64,000 bases of DNA from Octopus vulgaris (lineage: Eukaryota), in the NCBI GenBank assembly GCA_951406725.2, contig OX597816.1:138136001-138200000 (forward strand). Reading direction: 5' to 3'. A model generated the notes under the pieces. That model worked only from the letters and a program-made list of their open reading frames with translations, made no database searches and was not told where the DNA came from. Each line of letters begins with the position of its first letter. Within the stretch, counting starts at the first letter, position 1. This document shows positions 28,526 to 43,015 of this stretch, piece after piece. The position numbers and the translations under genes were made by a program.

Positions 28526-29149
28526 TTCTTTTATACGTTTCAGCTCTAAGCCTAGGCCATGCTATTCCTTCTTTTCTTTCATTCTTTAACTGGTGGCGAA
28601 AAAGGCCATGTAACTCAAGAGTAAACTTGTGAGAACAGAAGACAAGCAGAGTAAACTGTAAATGAACCTGCAAAAGATAACAGAAGACCAAAAGAAAGTC
28701 ATGAAACGTCTGAGTTTGACATGGGCTATAATCTCCGACGCCTGTAAGACAGACTTGTCACATGAAGGAACAGAGGGAGAGAGGGCGGGAGACACGCTAT
28801 TGAAAGCAGGTGAAATCGAAATGACTGATATTGAGTCTGCCGAGAAAATATGAACAGAGAAGAACTTCGAGAATACTGCTGAGGACGAACAATTTGGTAA
28901 GCTGTTTATTTTGCGTTTTTCGGATGGATAAAACTGATGGTATACCGAAAGCAGACGAATGCAGTAGGTTAGAACAGAAGCAATTCACATCTTGTTGATT
29001 TGGAAAAGAAAAAATTCCAGTACACGTGAGGTAGAAGAGAAAAACAAACAAAAATAAAACGGTTTTACCAATGAGCAGAGTGATTGTTGTGTGTGGATGA
29101 GTTAGTTTTTATAAGTAGAACGAATAGCCCCTCTTACGCTCACAATGTC

Positions 29150-30270
29150 ACTCGGGCGTTGTTGTTGTACACTTCTACCTCCAGTACACTTGTGGTAGGA
29201 GAGAAAAACAAACATCTGTCTTTGGAGTAAAAGAACTCCATTTAATGTTTAAAATACGATGAAGGCATTTTTGGTGGAATTGTTCTAACAATTTGAAATT
29301 TCTTTCATAACATGTCCATGTTTCAGAAGAATAAAACAGAGATAGTAAGACAAATGATTTGTTAAGTGCTAATTTTGTATTCTTATTTATATGCCGTTGG
29401 TGCCAAACACTAGTGACTCCAAGACACCAAATGCTTGCGCTACCCTTTGAATCCGCAAATATATTTTTGTGTCCAAATTTCCATAATTTTATACAGAGCT
29501 TCCAAGGTAGATGAATCAACAACCTCAAGTAGCGAACCCTTAAAAATTTTAGCGAGGTTACAAACAGCACCACATGCAGGTTAATACATTACAATTGTCT
29601 TTATTTTCAAGTTGATGGTCAAGCCAAAATCATCGCAAGGTGATGCAGATGCAAGAGATTGCAGACCTATTTCAGAATGATTCTAGATCGCAATCGTCAG
29701 CGATGAGTGAAGTAAAAACCTTCGTTTTGAATTTCAGCCTGGTCAGATTAAAAACATTTTGTTGTTCGATATTTTATGCAAATACTCTCCTCGGACATTT
29801 GAAAAGCGTGTGACAGCACATCAGCAAAATATATTGCAAAGAGGGTGGGTGCATCAAGGTCTCCTTGCTTTACTCTATTTTCGACGGCAAAAGATTCAGA
29901 GAACCTACCACCAAAATTAACTACCTTTCATAAGGCAGTTAATGCTAAGACCTGATCATGTTTACAAGTTCTTCTGGGCAGTCTATTTTCATTACAATTA
30001 TCGAAGGAGCATTTCGATCCACAGTATTGAATACTTTGCTCAAATATACAAAGAAATAGTAAAGGGCAAGATTCTGTTCAATGCACTTTTCTTGCAACTG
30101 TCTGAAAGTAAAGATACAATCAGTTGTGCCCAGTGGAGGAGTGAAAAGCACACTGAGACACTCTGACACCATATTTGTAACTGTGAAGGTATCTAAACTT
30201 TCTAACCGAATTCGGGCAAGTACCCTTCCAACCACATCCAATCCATCACTGGAACTGTAAAAATCTGTAA
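29150..30270 (-). mobile_element. Degenerate RTE-clade LINE RT fragment
   Basis: GTTDCIFTFRQLQEKCIEQN...SKVFNTVDR; RVKQGD.APTLF; YSSETWT...EQFHQKCLHRILNIKW. Confidence 0.85.
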
Positions 30271-31359
30271 ATCTTTTCAGAAGTTTTATCTTGAAGTAAA
30301 ACTGAACAATAACATACAAATATATATACATACAAACGTCCGTACCCGTACATACATACATACACGCCTACCTTGGTAGGGAGACCTCCTCGAGTGTATT
30401 ACCAATATGACCTTTTTTAAGATGGTAGAGCGTGACATGAAGACCATTTAGCTGCTCTTTCTAGCATGTTGGTCAACCGCTCCAAATCATAAAGAAAGGG
30501 CATTATTTCTTCCTAAACTGATTCGGTTACGAAGACTAGAAACCAAATAAAAATTTACTCACACACACACACGCACACACACACACAAATCCGAATCTTT
30601 CACAGAATATTCCGTAGTAACCTCTTACATATATGTGGACTTCGTCATTTACAAACTAGGTAACTTGACTACGAACCCAGAGACACAAAACGAGAAAACT
30701 GGCGCTAAAGACTAGCTGAATATTATGAGGTACAAGCCTAGGATTTATTATATACATTTTTTGTTAACATATTTCTTTTTTGCTACCATTGGAATAACAT
30801 AATAAAAGGTCTTATGAAATCACAAGTCACTGTGCTTATAGCAACTGCCAATATAAAAATTATAGAATTACACATACACATATATACACACAAAAATATT
30901 CATTCACACATATATCTTTGAATACATGTTCATACAAGCTCACAAACTTAATTTAGGATCTCAGAAGTTCTGTTTTCTATTTAGTTTCTTCACAATCTTC
31001 CCAATATGCTCCATGTGTCTTATTCTTCTCTAAATCTCATTGCCGTGTTAAAAAAAAAAAGCTAAAACAAAACGAAAGAAAAAAGAAGAACTAGAAAGAA
31101 ACAAGGAAAATGTCGCAATCTTTACTGCTCGTTCCCAATGAAAATCTATGATTGTCCAAAGGTTAGAAACACTCAGCAATAACTGTAAAAATACGTGGAA
31201 ACAATATTTATAACGCTGACAAATGTTTTACCGCGTTGAAAATACGATTTTGTCAATGTATCCAACTTTCTTTAGTGAATAAAGCCACCGATATTTACTG
31301 CCTGTAATTACCGTTTCAACACAAACACACACATACTCTCACACAGTTCTCTATTCACT

Positions 31360-31373
31360 CATAATTATGTATG

Positions 31374-31446
<73 letters not shown>

Positions 31447-31590
31447 GTGTGTATGTATGTATATATACATGTGTGTATATATATATATTTACACTTATAT
31501 ATCTATGTATAAAAGTGTTTCTCCGTCTCCCTCTATATATATGTGTATCTATGCATTTATACATACGTATACACACACATATGTATACAC

Positions 31591-31640
<50 letters not shown>

Positions 31641-31754
31641 GCATATATTTGCACACATACATCCATGTACATAATTGTTTCTCTCCCCCTCTATCTCTCC
31701 TCTTCGCTCTCTCTCTCTACTTTTTCTCTCTTTCCTTACACACACAAGCATATG

Positions 31755-31787
<33 letters not shown>

Positions 31788-32328
31788 GTATATGTATATA
31801 TATATACACACACGTATATGTATATATATATACACACACACACATATATATGCACTTACATAATCATTTATTTATATGCAGCAAGTATTTTTGTGTGCAC
31901 ATGAACACATACGTATGTATAACAAGTAATACGTTAATGTAATACTAGAAAACAAATGTAATGAACGTGAGAAAGCCGAAAGCCGAGAGTCGAAAGCTGA
32001 ATGTAAAGAAAGCAACAACAGCAGCAACAACAACAACAACAACGAAAACACAAACTGTTAATGTAAAGAGAAGATAAGAAGTGTGTAGTTTATTATCAAA
32101 AATATTAGGGGAAAGAAACTTAAACCTTTCCAAGTACGCCATAAAGTGAGAATTTGATTCTCTGCTAACCAATAAGTGATTGTTGAGTGGAAAGGATCGC
32201 TTGATAAAAACATGCTCTTCAGCTATGAGGAAATTGTCTCACAACAACAATGGTTCGACATGGACTTGCAGTTTTATGATGTTTTACTGGGACACTTTGA
32301 TTCGATTTTGGTTCTTCTCCCTATGTTC

Positions 32329-32420
<92 letters not shown>

Positions 32421-32428
32421 TATATATG

Positions 32429-32468
<40 letters not shown>

Positions 32469-32532
32469 TATATATATATATAAAGAGAGAAAGGGGGAGA
32501 GATGGAAAAGATAGAAAAACGTATATATACAT

Positions 32533-32574
<42 letters not shown>

Positions 32575-32580
32575 TGTATG

Positions 32581-32631
<51 letters not shown>

Positions 32632-32740
32632 GGAAAGGGAGAGAGAAAGAGATATGTATATGTATATATATGATTTTTGGTCTATATATTTATCCATCTC
32701 TTTCTATGTATATGCATATATGTATGCATTACACATATAG
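31360..32740. repeat. (AT)n/(AC)n/(AG)n microsatellite blocks
   Basis: Directly visible, with a unique spacer at ~31950-32330. Confidence 0.85.
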
Positions 32741-33680
32741 TGGTGTTTACTATCCGGAGAGAAAGAAAATAGTGAAATAATAGTTATGCGCGTGTGTTTG
32801 TCTGTGTACTCGCGCGTGAGAATGTGTGTGAGTGTATCTATGCACATGTGTATATGCATGTGTGTGTATGATGTGACTGTCCGCCATATACGCGTGAATA
32901 TGTATGTGCATAATGCATGTGGTAGTATAAGAATAGGTATAACCACGTAGATTTATATGTGTATATATAGGTATATCTCTATAAATATATGTATTAGAAG
33001 CAGATTATTTACAACCACCTTAAGTAAACTGCTTCTACTCTATTGGCTTTTTATTTCCATCAAAAGTTTTATTCTCGTGGTTTTGCTTACTGGAGAAAAT
33101 AGCTATATAATCTCTGATTTCCATAAAGAAAGTATCCAGTTTTAATGAAAAAAAAAAATTCGCGTTACGATTTTATTGTCTCTTGGAGCAGTCGATCAAA
33201 TAGCAGGGCAAAATGCTTCGAATTCTTGCCGTATCAGGTTTTCAATCAAAAGTGTGACCGTCCACAGCTTATCCAAAGCTTGGTGTAGTAAGTATTTCAG
33301 GGTGACCAGGTCGACATTAATGCTCTTTTTATATCGAATAACAACTTGTTTGGCGCATATTTTGACCAAAAGGCTTTAAAAATCATTTCTCTTTTAACCA
33401 GTGCTAATAGAACTCATCACAGGGCACTATTAGTGTTGATAGTCTTGCATGAGACTTTAGCTCATAGTCGTACCTGAATCGTCAAGTTTATCCGTTTCAT
33501 TAACTAACGTACCTCATTGTGAAAACACTTTCATTATGCTTTGTATACTCACTGTTTCATTTTCAATATATCATCAGATGTGAATAAATTAAATGAGTGT
33601 ATATATATATACACGCACACACACTCATATATACACTGATATATATATTACACACATACATATATATATTACATACATAC

Positions 33681-33746
<66 letters not shown>

Positions 33747-36489
33747 GCGCGTGCGCACACACACATATAGGTATAGATATACGTGTACATAGGAGGTGGT
33801 ATCAAAAGGTTCCCTGACTAGTTATGTTTAATAAAAAATTACTCATTTACCTAATTATTAACATCATTTTCGAAATAGTCACCTTATGCAACAATACATC
33901 GGTCTGAGTGTTCCTGCTACTTTTAGAATCCGGCTTGAAAGTCGTTATCCGTAAACAAGTAAAGGAACTTCTGTACGTATCTATGTATTTATGTATGCAT
34001 ATATACGACGTGGTGCTGAAAAGTTTCTCAGTTTGGGTAAAAGAAAATACAGGAGGATCAGTTAAAAATTATTTTAAAATATTTTATTCAAAATGGCGGT
34101 GCCCCAGCATGGCCACAGCTCATGAGCTGAAACTAGAATCAATCAATCAATCAATCAATATATTCCCCTCTCAGATTGATACACTTATTGCAGCGGTCTG
34201 TAGTGAGAATATATGTTTAGTATCAAGTATTGAAATGTCTGCGTGTATATTATTAGAAGAATTCTTACAAAGAGAACCAAATTTCAATTATTTTATGTCA
34301 AAATGCAGCTGACCACGGCTCCATCATAGTGCAAAAAAAAAACGAAGATTAAGCAAAACTGAAGTAGTGGTAAAGCGTTAAATTGGCCTTCAGTAAGTAA
34401 AAGTTGGAAACAACAAATTATCACTTTTTTCATCACTTCAAGCGGCATAACTATTTTTCTATCTAATATCGTTTCTCCAAAAGATTGCACTCATCGGGTT
34501 CTTTTGAAAATGATATAATTAAATTATGGTTTGCTTTTGAAATAACTGAAATATTTTGAGTCAATTTTAGGCGTTACTTACCAAGTTTTTGACTACTTAA
34601 AGCTACATATAGTTTGCTTTTGAAATAACAGAGATTATGAGTGAAGGTAAATATCAGGCGTTACTCTCGCATTTTTGGCTCTAAATTTTTTTATCATAAC
34701 ATTTTTTCTAAATTTCGATCATTTTATGTAAAAATGTAGCTTACCACTGGTTCATCATAGTGCGAAAAAGCGAATTAAGGTTGTGTTAAATCTCAGTTAG
34801 TGGTAAAGCATCAAATTGGCCACGAGTGAGTAAAAGTTGACCTTAAGTGTATTATTCACACACTGCCATATGTGAATGATATATATGATGGTGAATAACG
34901 TCGATTTTGACATAGGAGTGTTTGATTTCGATATAGGAAAGGATTTAAGAAAACAGTGAGAGAACAAATTTTAAAAGTAAAAGGAATTTGTTCTATTTGC
35001 GATGGAGGTGTGAGTTTAATTTAAGTCAAGAAGTGAATTTTGTAATGAATTCACAATGGGGACTCTGCTCACTTTGAATTTGCCTGGAATTAGGCAAACG
35101 TATCTGCCGATTGCAAGACATAGTTATTTTACTGTTCTGCGTCTTCAAATCAAATTGTTTTGATGTATCATGACACAATTTACGCCATGCAGATCACAGG
35201 CAATGTCAGATTAAGCCGTAGAGGCTTTAGTGATTACTTCAGCTTATCCCTATACCAAAGGGCAAGTCTTTCTTTACCGCGGAATCTATCAACTTGTTGG
35301 CTATACAAAAGAATTTTCGGAATGCGTTCATCTTTCATTTGAACAACATGCTCTACCCATCTGCACGAAAACAAGTTTTCTAAGACTTTGACATTTGACA
35401 TTTTATCTTGCCATTACATAATGAATATGAGTTCCGTGATAAGAGAGCTTAACTTTTTGGACAGAGGTCTTCCTCAGAAAATGTTCATTACTTTCAAATG
35501 TGGTTAACATTAGAATTAAACTCTCTTTCGCTCTCTCACACACACATACACACACACGCGCGCGCGCACGATCATTCTAAATTACAGCCGAAACACCATT
35601 CAACTGTTTGGTAAAGATTAATTCACTTCCGCCACTTTAGCGACTTGTCCATACCACTCCATTATATTGTGACAGTGCATCAGACTGGCATGATAAAGAA
35701 CCACTTGATGCTTGTCAGATGAAATGTTATTCCAATAGAATCTATTAAAACATTGCATAATTTTCAAATAAAATCATTTACGTATGTTGAAGTGGTACCG
35801 AAACAAATGTAGCTATTAAAACATGCAAAAGTCATTATTGGTCTTCTTATTTGGGTTATATAATGCAATTCATAAAACTCACAAAACACACACATTGCTT
35901 TTACCAATGATGTACAAGATATTTCAAATTTCCTCAAGGTTCCAATTGGAAAGTATAGATATCCTGGTGTTCGGGCTGAGTGCTGCATTCGAAACTGAAA
36001 ATACAACGAATTTCTATCCTACCAGTTTCAGTGTTTACGCTACTATATACATATTAGTAGTAGTACCTTAATATTCGGGTAGACACCTTGTAGTCGGCTG
36101 TTTTTATGTCTATCCACTATATTCAGCTACCCGATGTCAACAGCTGTATTCAGGTTATATGCCACTGGATTTACTTAAAGAACTCCTTTGTGCCCGTAGG
36201 GTTTATACAAAAAGGTGAGACAGAAAAAAGAATACACGAAATCCTTTATTCAAACCGCTACAGTTATTTCGATTCATCGTACACCCGTGAGATACTGTGC
36301 AATCATCGTGCACAGGTGAGATGTTGTGCAATCAATTGTTATACATCATAGGTGCACTTCCATTTTCTCTCATCTTTTATATATATGTGTGTGTCTGTGT
36401 GTGTGTGCGTGTGGCGTGTATATGTGAGTGTGTATTCAGTATAGACACACAAAGCACCGAGGATCAAACACACATGCTCACAAATACAA

Positions 36490-37685
36490 AAGAATTGATG
36501 AAAATACATCATACCAAGATGCTGTAAACAAAGGCAGAGTTACCTGAGTATATTACACTAGACTTCGAGAAATATGGCAAATATGCATGAAGACAATATC
36601 CCACAATGCATTTGCCATACCACTGTTGATACAACATTTGAGATACTTGATTATTTTATACAGGTAATCTGCTTCATAGAGATAAACCCCCATCAAGATC
36701 CTGAGATCAACTCAAAATTTCCACAGAAGCAGTGACACCGACAGACTACACCTAAGACCGGGCGATGGCAGTAGACGCAAGAATTCAATGCAGACACAGC
36801 TTTTGAATGTCATATAGTATCCTTCTGTCAATGGTGACTACAAAACAACTACAAAAAAAATTCCCAGTGCTGAAAAGCGAAGAGAACAACAACCTACATG
36901 TCAGCAATGAGCTCCTCGGCAAGTATTTTCTTCCCAATAAAAGGTAAAGATCCTCTTCGGTCATGAATGACCATGGGATTGCACCCAGAAATTTCCTCTC
37001 CAAGGCACAATTCGGGGCAAGATTGTTTATGGAAGACCAGCAGTTGCCCATGCATACCAGTTTTCCCTCTCTACGCCACCGATGTTATCCAAGGGAAAGG
37101 CAAAGGCCAATAAAGCTTGGCACCAATGACATCGCAATTCATTTCTACAGCTGAGTGAACTGGAGCAACGTGAAATAAAGTGTCTTGTTTAAGAACACAA
37201 CAGACATCCCAGTCCGTGAATCAAACTGACTACCTCATGGTGGTGAAACGACACTTTTACCACTGAGCCATGCGCCTTCCCTCTTTCCGATAACCTGCCA
37301 TATAACTCCAAAACAGCTCAACTAACATACATAAAGGCAACATAGATGTGAAATGTTCAATTTACTGAACACACATGAAAAAAAAATCAACATATGAGTG
37401 AATTTCCCGCAGAATGGAACTTGACACTCATATCGACATGATATACAGCCTATCCTTGACGCCTGACCGCTACAAAACACATTGAAGACTCCGCATTTGA
37501 AATACAAGAACAGGAAATTACTACCAATTGTCTGATAAACAAAAGAGACGGTGAAGCCTTTGGTGCTTCAAGGTGCAACCAGAAATGACACATTTTTTGT
37601 GGAAGATATCATACATGTGATCAGATACTGCCCTTCAATGTCATTAATTACTGCCTTCAGCTGTGACATGACATGCCATCCACAA
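36490..37685 (+). mobile_element. Old R4/NeSL-like RLE retrotransposon fragment split by a SINE
   Basis: YYTRLREIW, HNAFAIPLL, NFHRSSDTDRLHLR (compare HPKSDIERLY), IQEQEITT, VEDIIHVIRYCP. Confidence 0.65.
36941..37279 (-). mobile_element. CORE-type tRNA SINE
   Basis: Minus head GAAGGCGCATGGCTCAGTGG, core CAAGACACTTTATTTCACGTTGCTCCAGTTCACTCAGCTG. Confidence 0.8.
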
Positions 37686-37719
37686 AAGAGACCTAAATTT
37701 AGTAGAATTTTAGTATAAT

Positions 37720-38116
37720 TCTTTTCTACTCTAGGCACAAGGCCCGAAATTTTGGGGGAGGGGGCCAGTCGATAAGATCGACCCCAGGACGTAACTAGTA
37801 CTTAATTTATCGACCCCGAAAGAGGAAAGGCAAAGTCGACCTCGGCGAAATTTGAACCCAGAACGTAAAGACAGACGAAATACCTATTTCTTTATTGCCC
37901 ACAAGGGGCTAAACATAGAGGGGACAAACAAGGACAGACAAAGGAATTAAGTCGATTACATCGACCCCAGTGTATAACTGGTACTTAATTTATCGACCCC
38001 GAGAGGATGAAAGGTAATGTCGACCTCGGCGGAATTTGAACTCAGACCGCAGCGGCGGACGAAATACAGCAAAGCAATTCACCCGGCGTGCTAACGATTC
38101 TGCCAGCTCACCGCCT
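37720..38116 (-). mobile_element. SINE family A, long form
   Basis: Collinear with 1538-1937. Confidence 0.9.
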
Positions 38117-38159
38117 AACAATTTCAGTATAACTGAATGTATAAATAAATATTCACAAT

Positions 38160-38855
38160 GAAGGCGCATGGTTGGAATTTGATTACCGGCAGTACATTGT
38201 TTCCTTGACCAAAACCCTTTATTTCACGTTGCTGCAGTCCACTCAGCTGGCAAAAATTAGTAGGAGTGGCTGTGTTGTAAGTAGCTTGCTAACCAACCAC
38301 ATTGTTCCGGGTTCAGTCCCACTGCGTGGTACCTTGGGCAAGTGTCTTCTACTATAGCCTCGGGCTGACCAAAGCCATGTGAGTGGATTTGGTAGACGGA
38401 AACTGAAAGAAGCCCGTCGTATACATATATATATATATATATATATATATGCGTGTGTGTGTTTGTGTGTCTGTGTTTGTCCCCCTAGCATTGCTTGACA
38501 ACCGATGCTGGTGTGTTTATGTCCCCGTTACTTAGCGGTTCGGCAAAAGAGACCGATAGAATAAGTACTGGGCTTACAAAAGAATAAGTCCCGGGGGTCG
38601 AGTTGCTCGATTAAAGGCGGTGCTCCAGCATGGCCGCAGTCAAATGACTGAAACAAGTAAAAGAGTAAAAGAGTTCCTGTATTTCAAATAGTGTGTCTTG
38701 TCGCATTGTGTGTCATGCTGAATATCCCTGAGAACTCCGTTAAGTGTACGCATGGCTGTGGAGTGCTCAGTCACCTGCACGTTAATTTCACGAACTGACT
38801 GTTCTGTTGATCCGATCAACTTAAATCCTCGTCGCCATCAGCAATGGATTGCCAG
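38160..38855 (+). mobile_element. CORE-type SINE interrupted by a family B SINE
   Basis: Halves 38160-38260 and 38675-38855 are collinear with 61606-61886. Confidence 0.7.
38260..38674 (+). mobile_element. tRNA-derived SINE family B
   Basis: AGGAGTGGCTGTGTTGTAAG...GGTTCAGTCCC...GACTGAAACAAGTAAAAGAGT, with an internal AT/GT microsatellite. Confidence 0.9.
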
Positions 38856-39057
38856 TTTTTTTTTTTAAACATTCACACATATAATATTGGCTAGAGATTC
38901 TCATTAAAACTTCTACCAAGTCCCAACATAACAGCCCGGATATTTTTGTTTGGGAAAGAGGATAACTACGGAAAACTACCTCGCAATCTTCTGCTTTATT
39001 CATATTATAAATTCACATTTATAGCAATAATAATTGGAACCCTTTGTTTTGTGAGTA

Positions 39058-39556
39058 CAGTGATCCCTCGCTACTTCGCGGTTCAACTATGGCGGATTCA
39101 CGACTTCGCGGATTTTAAAAATATATATGAACGCCTAAAATGTTTCATTAAATCCATTAAAATATTAAAATAAATATTATTTGCCAGTCTCTAAGAACAA
39201 CAAAACAAGCGTAAAATAGCAAAAAAGCATATACACTGGTATTTGAACTTAAGACGGGCTGTGATTGGTGCAATGGAGAGAGACGTCGAATCACAGCTTT
39301 CTATTTTATAATCTGGCCTGTGTAACAGTAACAATCTTTTTTTTTTTTTTTTAATCTAAAGTGTTATTGCTTAACAATTGTCCTTGTTATTAATAGACTA
39401 CTGTAATGGGTGGATTGTTAACAGTTACGGGGAGAGTTTTAAAAGTCCAAATACACGTTAAATAAATACCTTAAATATGGTGTCCCTACTTCGCAGAAAA
39501 TCAGTTATCACGGCCGGTCTCGGAACCAGTCTACCGTGATAAACGAGGGATCACTG
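39058..39556. mobile_element. Tigger/pogo-type MITE
   Basis: TIRs CAGTGATCCCTCG and CGAGGGATCACTG, TA on both sides. Confidence 0.9.
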
Positions 39557-39592
39557 TATATGCATTAACGATAATCTGGACAAGACCTAGAG

Positions 39593-39811
39593 CAGTGGTT
39601 TTCAACCAGGGTTCCGCCGAACCTTAGAGTTCCGCCAGTACAGTCCAAGGTTTCCGCAAGAAGTTACAAAACTGCAAAAATCGGCAGTAATTTTTAAGTC
39701 TCCTGTGCAGATATGTGTGCATAAGACTATTGAATTATTGCATAGGGGTTCCTCGAGCCAGTGGAATGTTTCCTTGGGGTTCCGCTCCAGCAAAAAGTTT
39801 GAAAAGCACTG
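39593..39811. mobile_element. hAT (Charlie-like) MITE, 219 bp
   Basis: TIRs CAGTGGTTTTCAA and TTGAAAAGCACTG, perfect 8-bp TSD ACCTAGAG (39585-39592, 39812-39819). Confidence 0.93.
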
Positions 39812-40039
39812 ACCTAGAGTTTTAAGAAAAAGAAATCATCAGCTAGATCGCTCAGTTACAAATGCAATCTGTAAGCGCAACAGTATTATTATGCAAGACT
39901 TAGTTCCAGATGAACATGTGACGTAACTTTTGTTAGCTACATTCCAAAGATAGCGTTTTGCAACTTTGTTTAAACTAGCTACTTCCTAACAGGAAAACTT
40001 CAAATAATCAAAACTAAAAGAGATCATATGTACATGCAT

Positions 40040-40137
40040 ATGTGTGTATGTGATTATTTGCATGTATTCATATATATGTATACATGTATGCAATAAATAT
40101 ATATGCTTGTTTGTGTGTGTATGTGTGTGTGTGTGTT

Positions 40138-40196
<59 letters not shown>

Positions 40197-40334
40197 GTGT
40201 GTGTGTGTAAGCTGATATATTCGTACTCGATTCATCATTTTGGTTCATGTACACGTTTTAGCAATTCTAACCTACGGCTCAATGTAGTTGCTTGTATTTG
40301 ATAACGTTTTTAGAATAGAATGTTCGGATTAGCG

Positions 40335-40414
<80 letters not shown>

Positions 40415-40707
40415 GAAGAAGAAGAAGACCAATAATAATAATAATAAAATTGTTAGATACATATATTGATAGGTCGATCGATAGATTAACAGACACATAC
40501 ATACATACATACATACATACATACATACATACATACATACATACATACATACATGCATAAATTAGTTCATTGATAAACTTGTAGTTAAATAGATAGATGC
40601 AATGGTTTAAAGGAAACATAACACACAGCTGCAGAGAGCAAATGTAAATGAAAGCAGGAAGTCCTGTCGACTAAGTGATATATGTATGTATTTACATATA
40701 TACATAT

Positions 40708-40782
<75 letters not shown>

Positions 40783-40866
40783 GTTTGAGGTGGTGTACAT
40801 TGTATATTAATAATATATATATGAATATATATATATACATGTATACATATATATATATATACATAC

Positions 40867-40919
<53 letters not shown>

Positions 40920-41490
40920 TATAAACATATATATAAATACACACACACACATATATACATATATATATATACATTTACATGTGCATGCATATATATGTAT
41001 ATAAGTATAGATGCTTATATATATATATAGATACAGATAGATATATACGTATGTGTGTATGTATATATGTATGTATGTATGTGTGTATTCCGATTGATAT
41101 GAAAGAATGGTAAGCTGTCAAAGTCATATGACGAAAGGGAGCTGCTATTAGAAGAATTTCATCAAGTCGTATGTCACACAAGTATATCTCTCTCTGCATC
41201 TCAATATCCTTCGCCTCCTAACATATACAAAAGATGATTACCACTACCGTTTTGTTTGGATTTGGAACCGTACATGTGTCTTCGTTGTGTGTGTGTGTGT
41301 GTGTGTGTGTGCACGCGCGTGTATACGTACATAAATAAAAGCATACGTGGATGCAAACACCTACATACACACACATGCTAACAAATGTGTATATATATAT
41401 ATGTGTGTATGTGTATATATATACATATATGTATATATATATACATGTAAATATATATATGTGTATATATATATACACACACACATATAT

Positions 41491-41548
<58 letters not shown>

Positions 41549-41680
41549 ACAGAGAGTAAAAATGGGGAGAGCTGATAAGATAAATGCTAGCTTCATGAAT
41601 GTTTCAATATAACACACACACACACTCATACACTTACACACACACACACATGCACTTACACACACACACACACACATACA
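40040..41680. repeat. Compound microsatellite zone
   Basis: (GT)n, (AAT)n, (GAT)n, (ATAC)n and (AT)n tracts. Confidence 0.85.
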
Positions 41681-42340
41681 ACATAGAAGAAAAGCGGAAA
41701 CACGTGCAGCTATTCCTACTGTTAATTATAGTTGTCATCATTTAAACACACACACATGTATATACATTTGGTCAAGAAATATTACACAATATACATAGCA
41801 GAGTTAATATATTCATTAGAATTTGTGATTTCACTCAATCTTTTCTCCAAGCTTCCTGCTTCTGTTCTTTAAGTTAGACATAATATATTCACGGTGTTCC
41901 GATGTGAACATTACGCCAAAAATGCATATATAATCATTTATACTGTATATATAAACACGCGCATAACATATTCTGTATGTTTCTATCAAAAGAGTTTATT
42001 GAGTACTTATATATATCCACAGTATAATATACACTTAGACAAAAACACACACACGCCCACATAGATATGCATAAGAAATATATATATATGCTTTATATAA
42101 ATATATATATGTATGTGCTTTTTCATGTGCATGGGTATGCGTACGTATGTATATCTATCTATTTATCTAACTATCTATCTATCTAGGTGGGTAGTTAGGT
42201 AGCTAGCAATTTATCTATGGATATGTTCATATATATATATATATATATAGTAAGGAAAATTTTTTTTTTAAATGCAGAATGCTCAAATGAAAGAAAATTT
42301 TAATAAAATGAGAAATTGATAAAATATATATTTATATATT

Positions 42341-42381
42341 TATTCAACCGGTTTTCGTCATTGTATGACTTGTCAAGAATA
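42341..42381 (-). ncRNA. Minimal type I hammerhead-like motif (U3-A8 variant)
   Basis: UAUUC-UUGACAA-GUCA-uacaa-UGAC-GAAAA-CCGG-UU-GAAUA. Confidence 0.65.
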
Positions 42382-43015
42382 TTTATGTTAAAAAAGTTTT
42401 TTAAAAATTAGAAAGGGGAAAAAGAGAAAATTGCATTGTTTTTTGCAAAAGAATAATAATAAGAATGTACAAAAGTTAAAAAATAAGTACTCCGATACAT
42501 TGTGAGTTCGTTGTGTATCTTGAGTTTAATGATTGTTCACGAAAAAATTACCTTGAGGTATTAGGATCCAATGGGATTAAGAGCATGTGTTGTTTGGTTT
42601 AATTCAGGATGTTGGCAGAACAGGAAGTAGTAGTAATTGTGGTTCTTCAGTTCCTGTGTTGTGAGTAAGGGGAGACAACTCTTTTGAGTTCTTCAATAAA
42701 GGCTGTTGGTAAAACCCAAATTATAAAATTATCATTTTAGCTTCATTTGCGTTATCTTTTTTTATATAATTGTTTGTTAACTTAACTTTCAGATTTTAAC
42801 ACTTTATTTATATTATTTTCTAATTATATAAATCTGCATAGACAATTGCATTTCAGATTGTCATATCATTTATAATAAAAATGATAGTAATAACAACAAT
42901 AGTAAAAATGATATTTGAAGAATATAAGTTTTAGCTTGAAGTGATGAATGCATGGTTTCTTTATATATTTGTGTTAGTACATCCATGAAGAGTGAGGTAG
43001 AAAAAGGAAGTTTGA

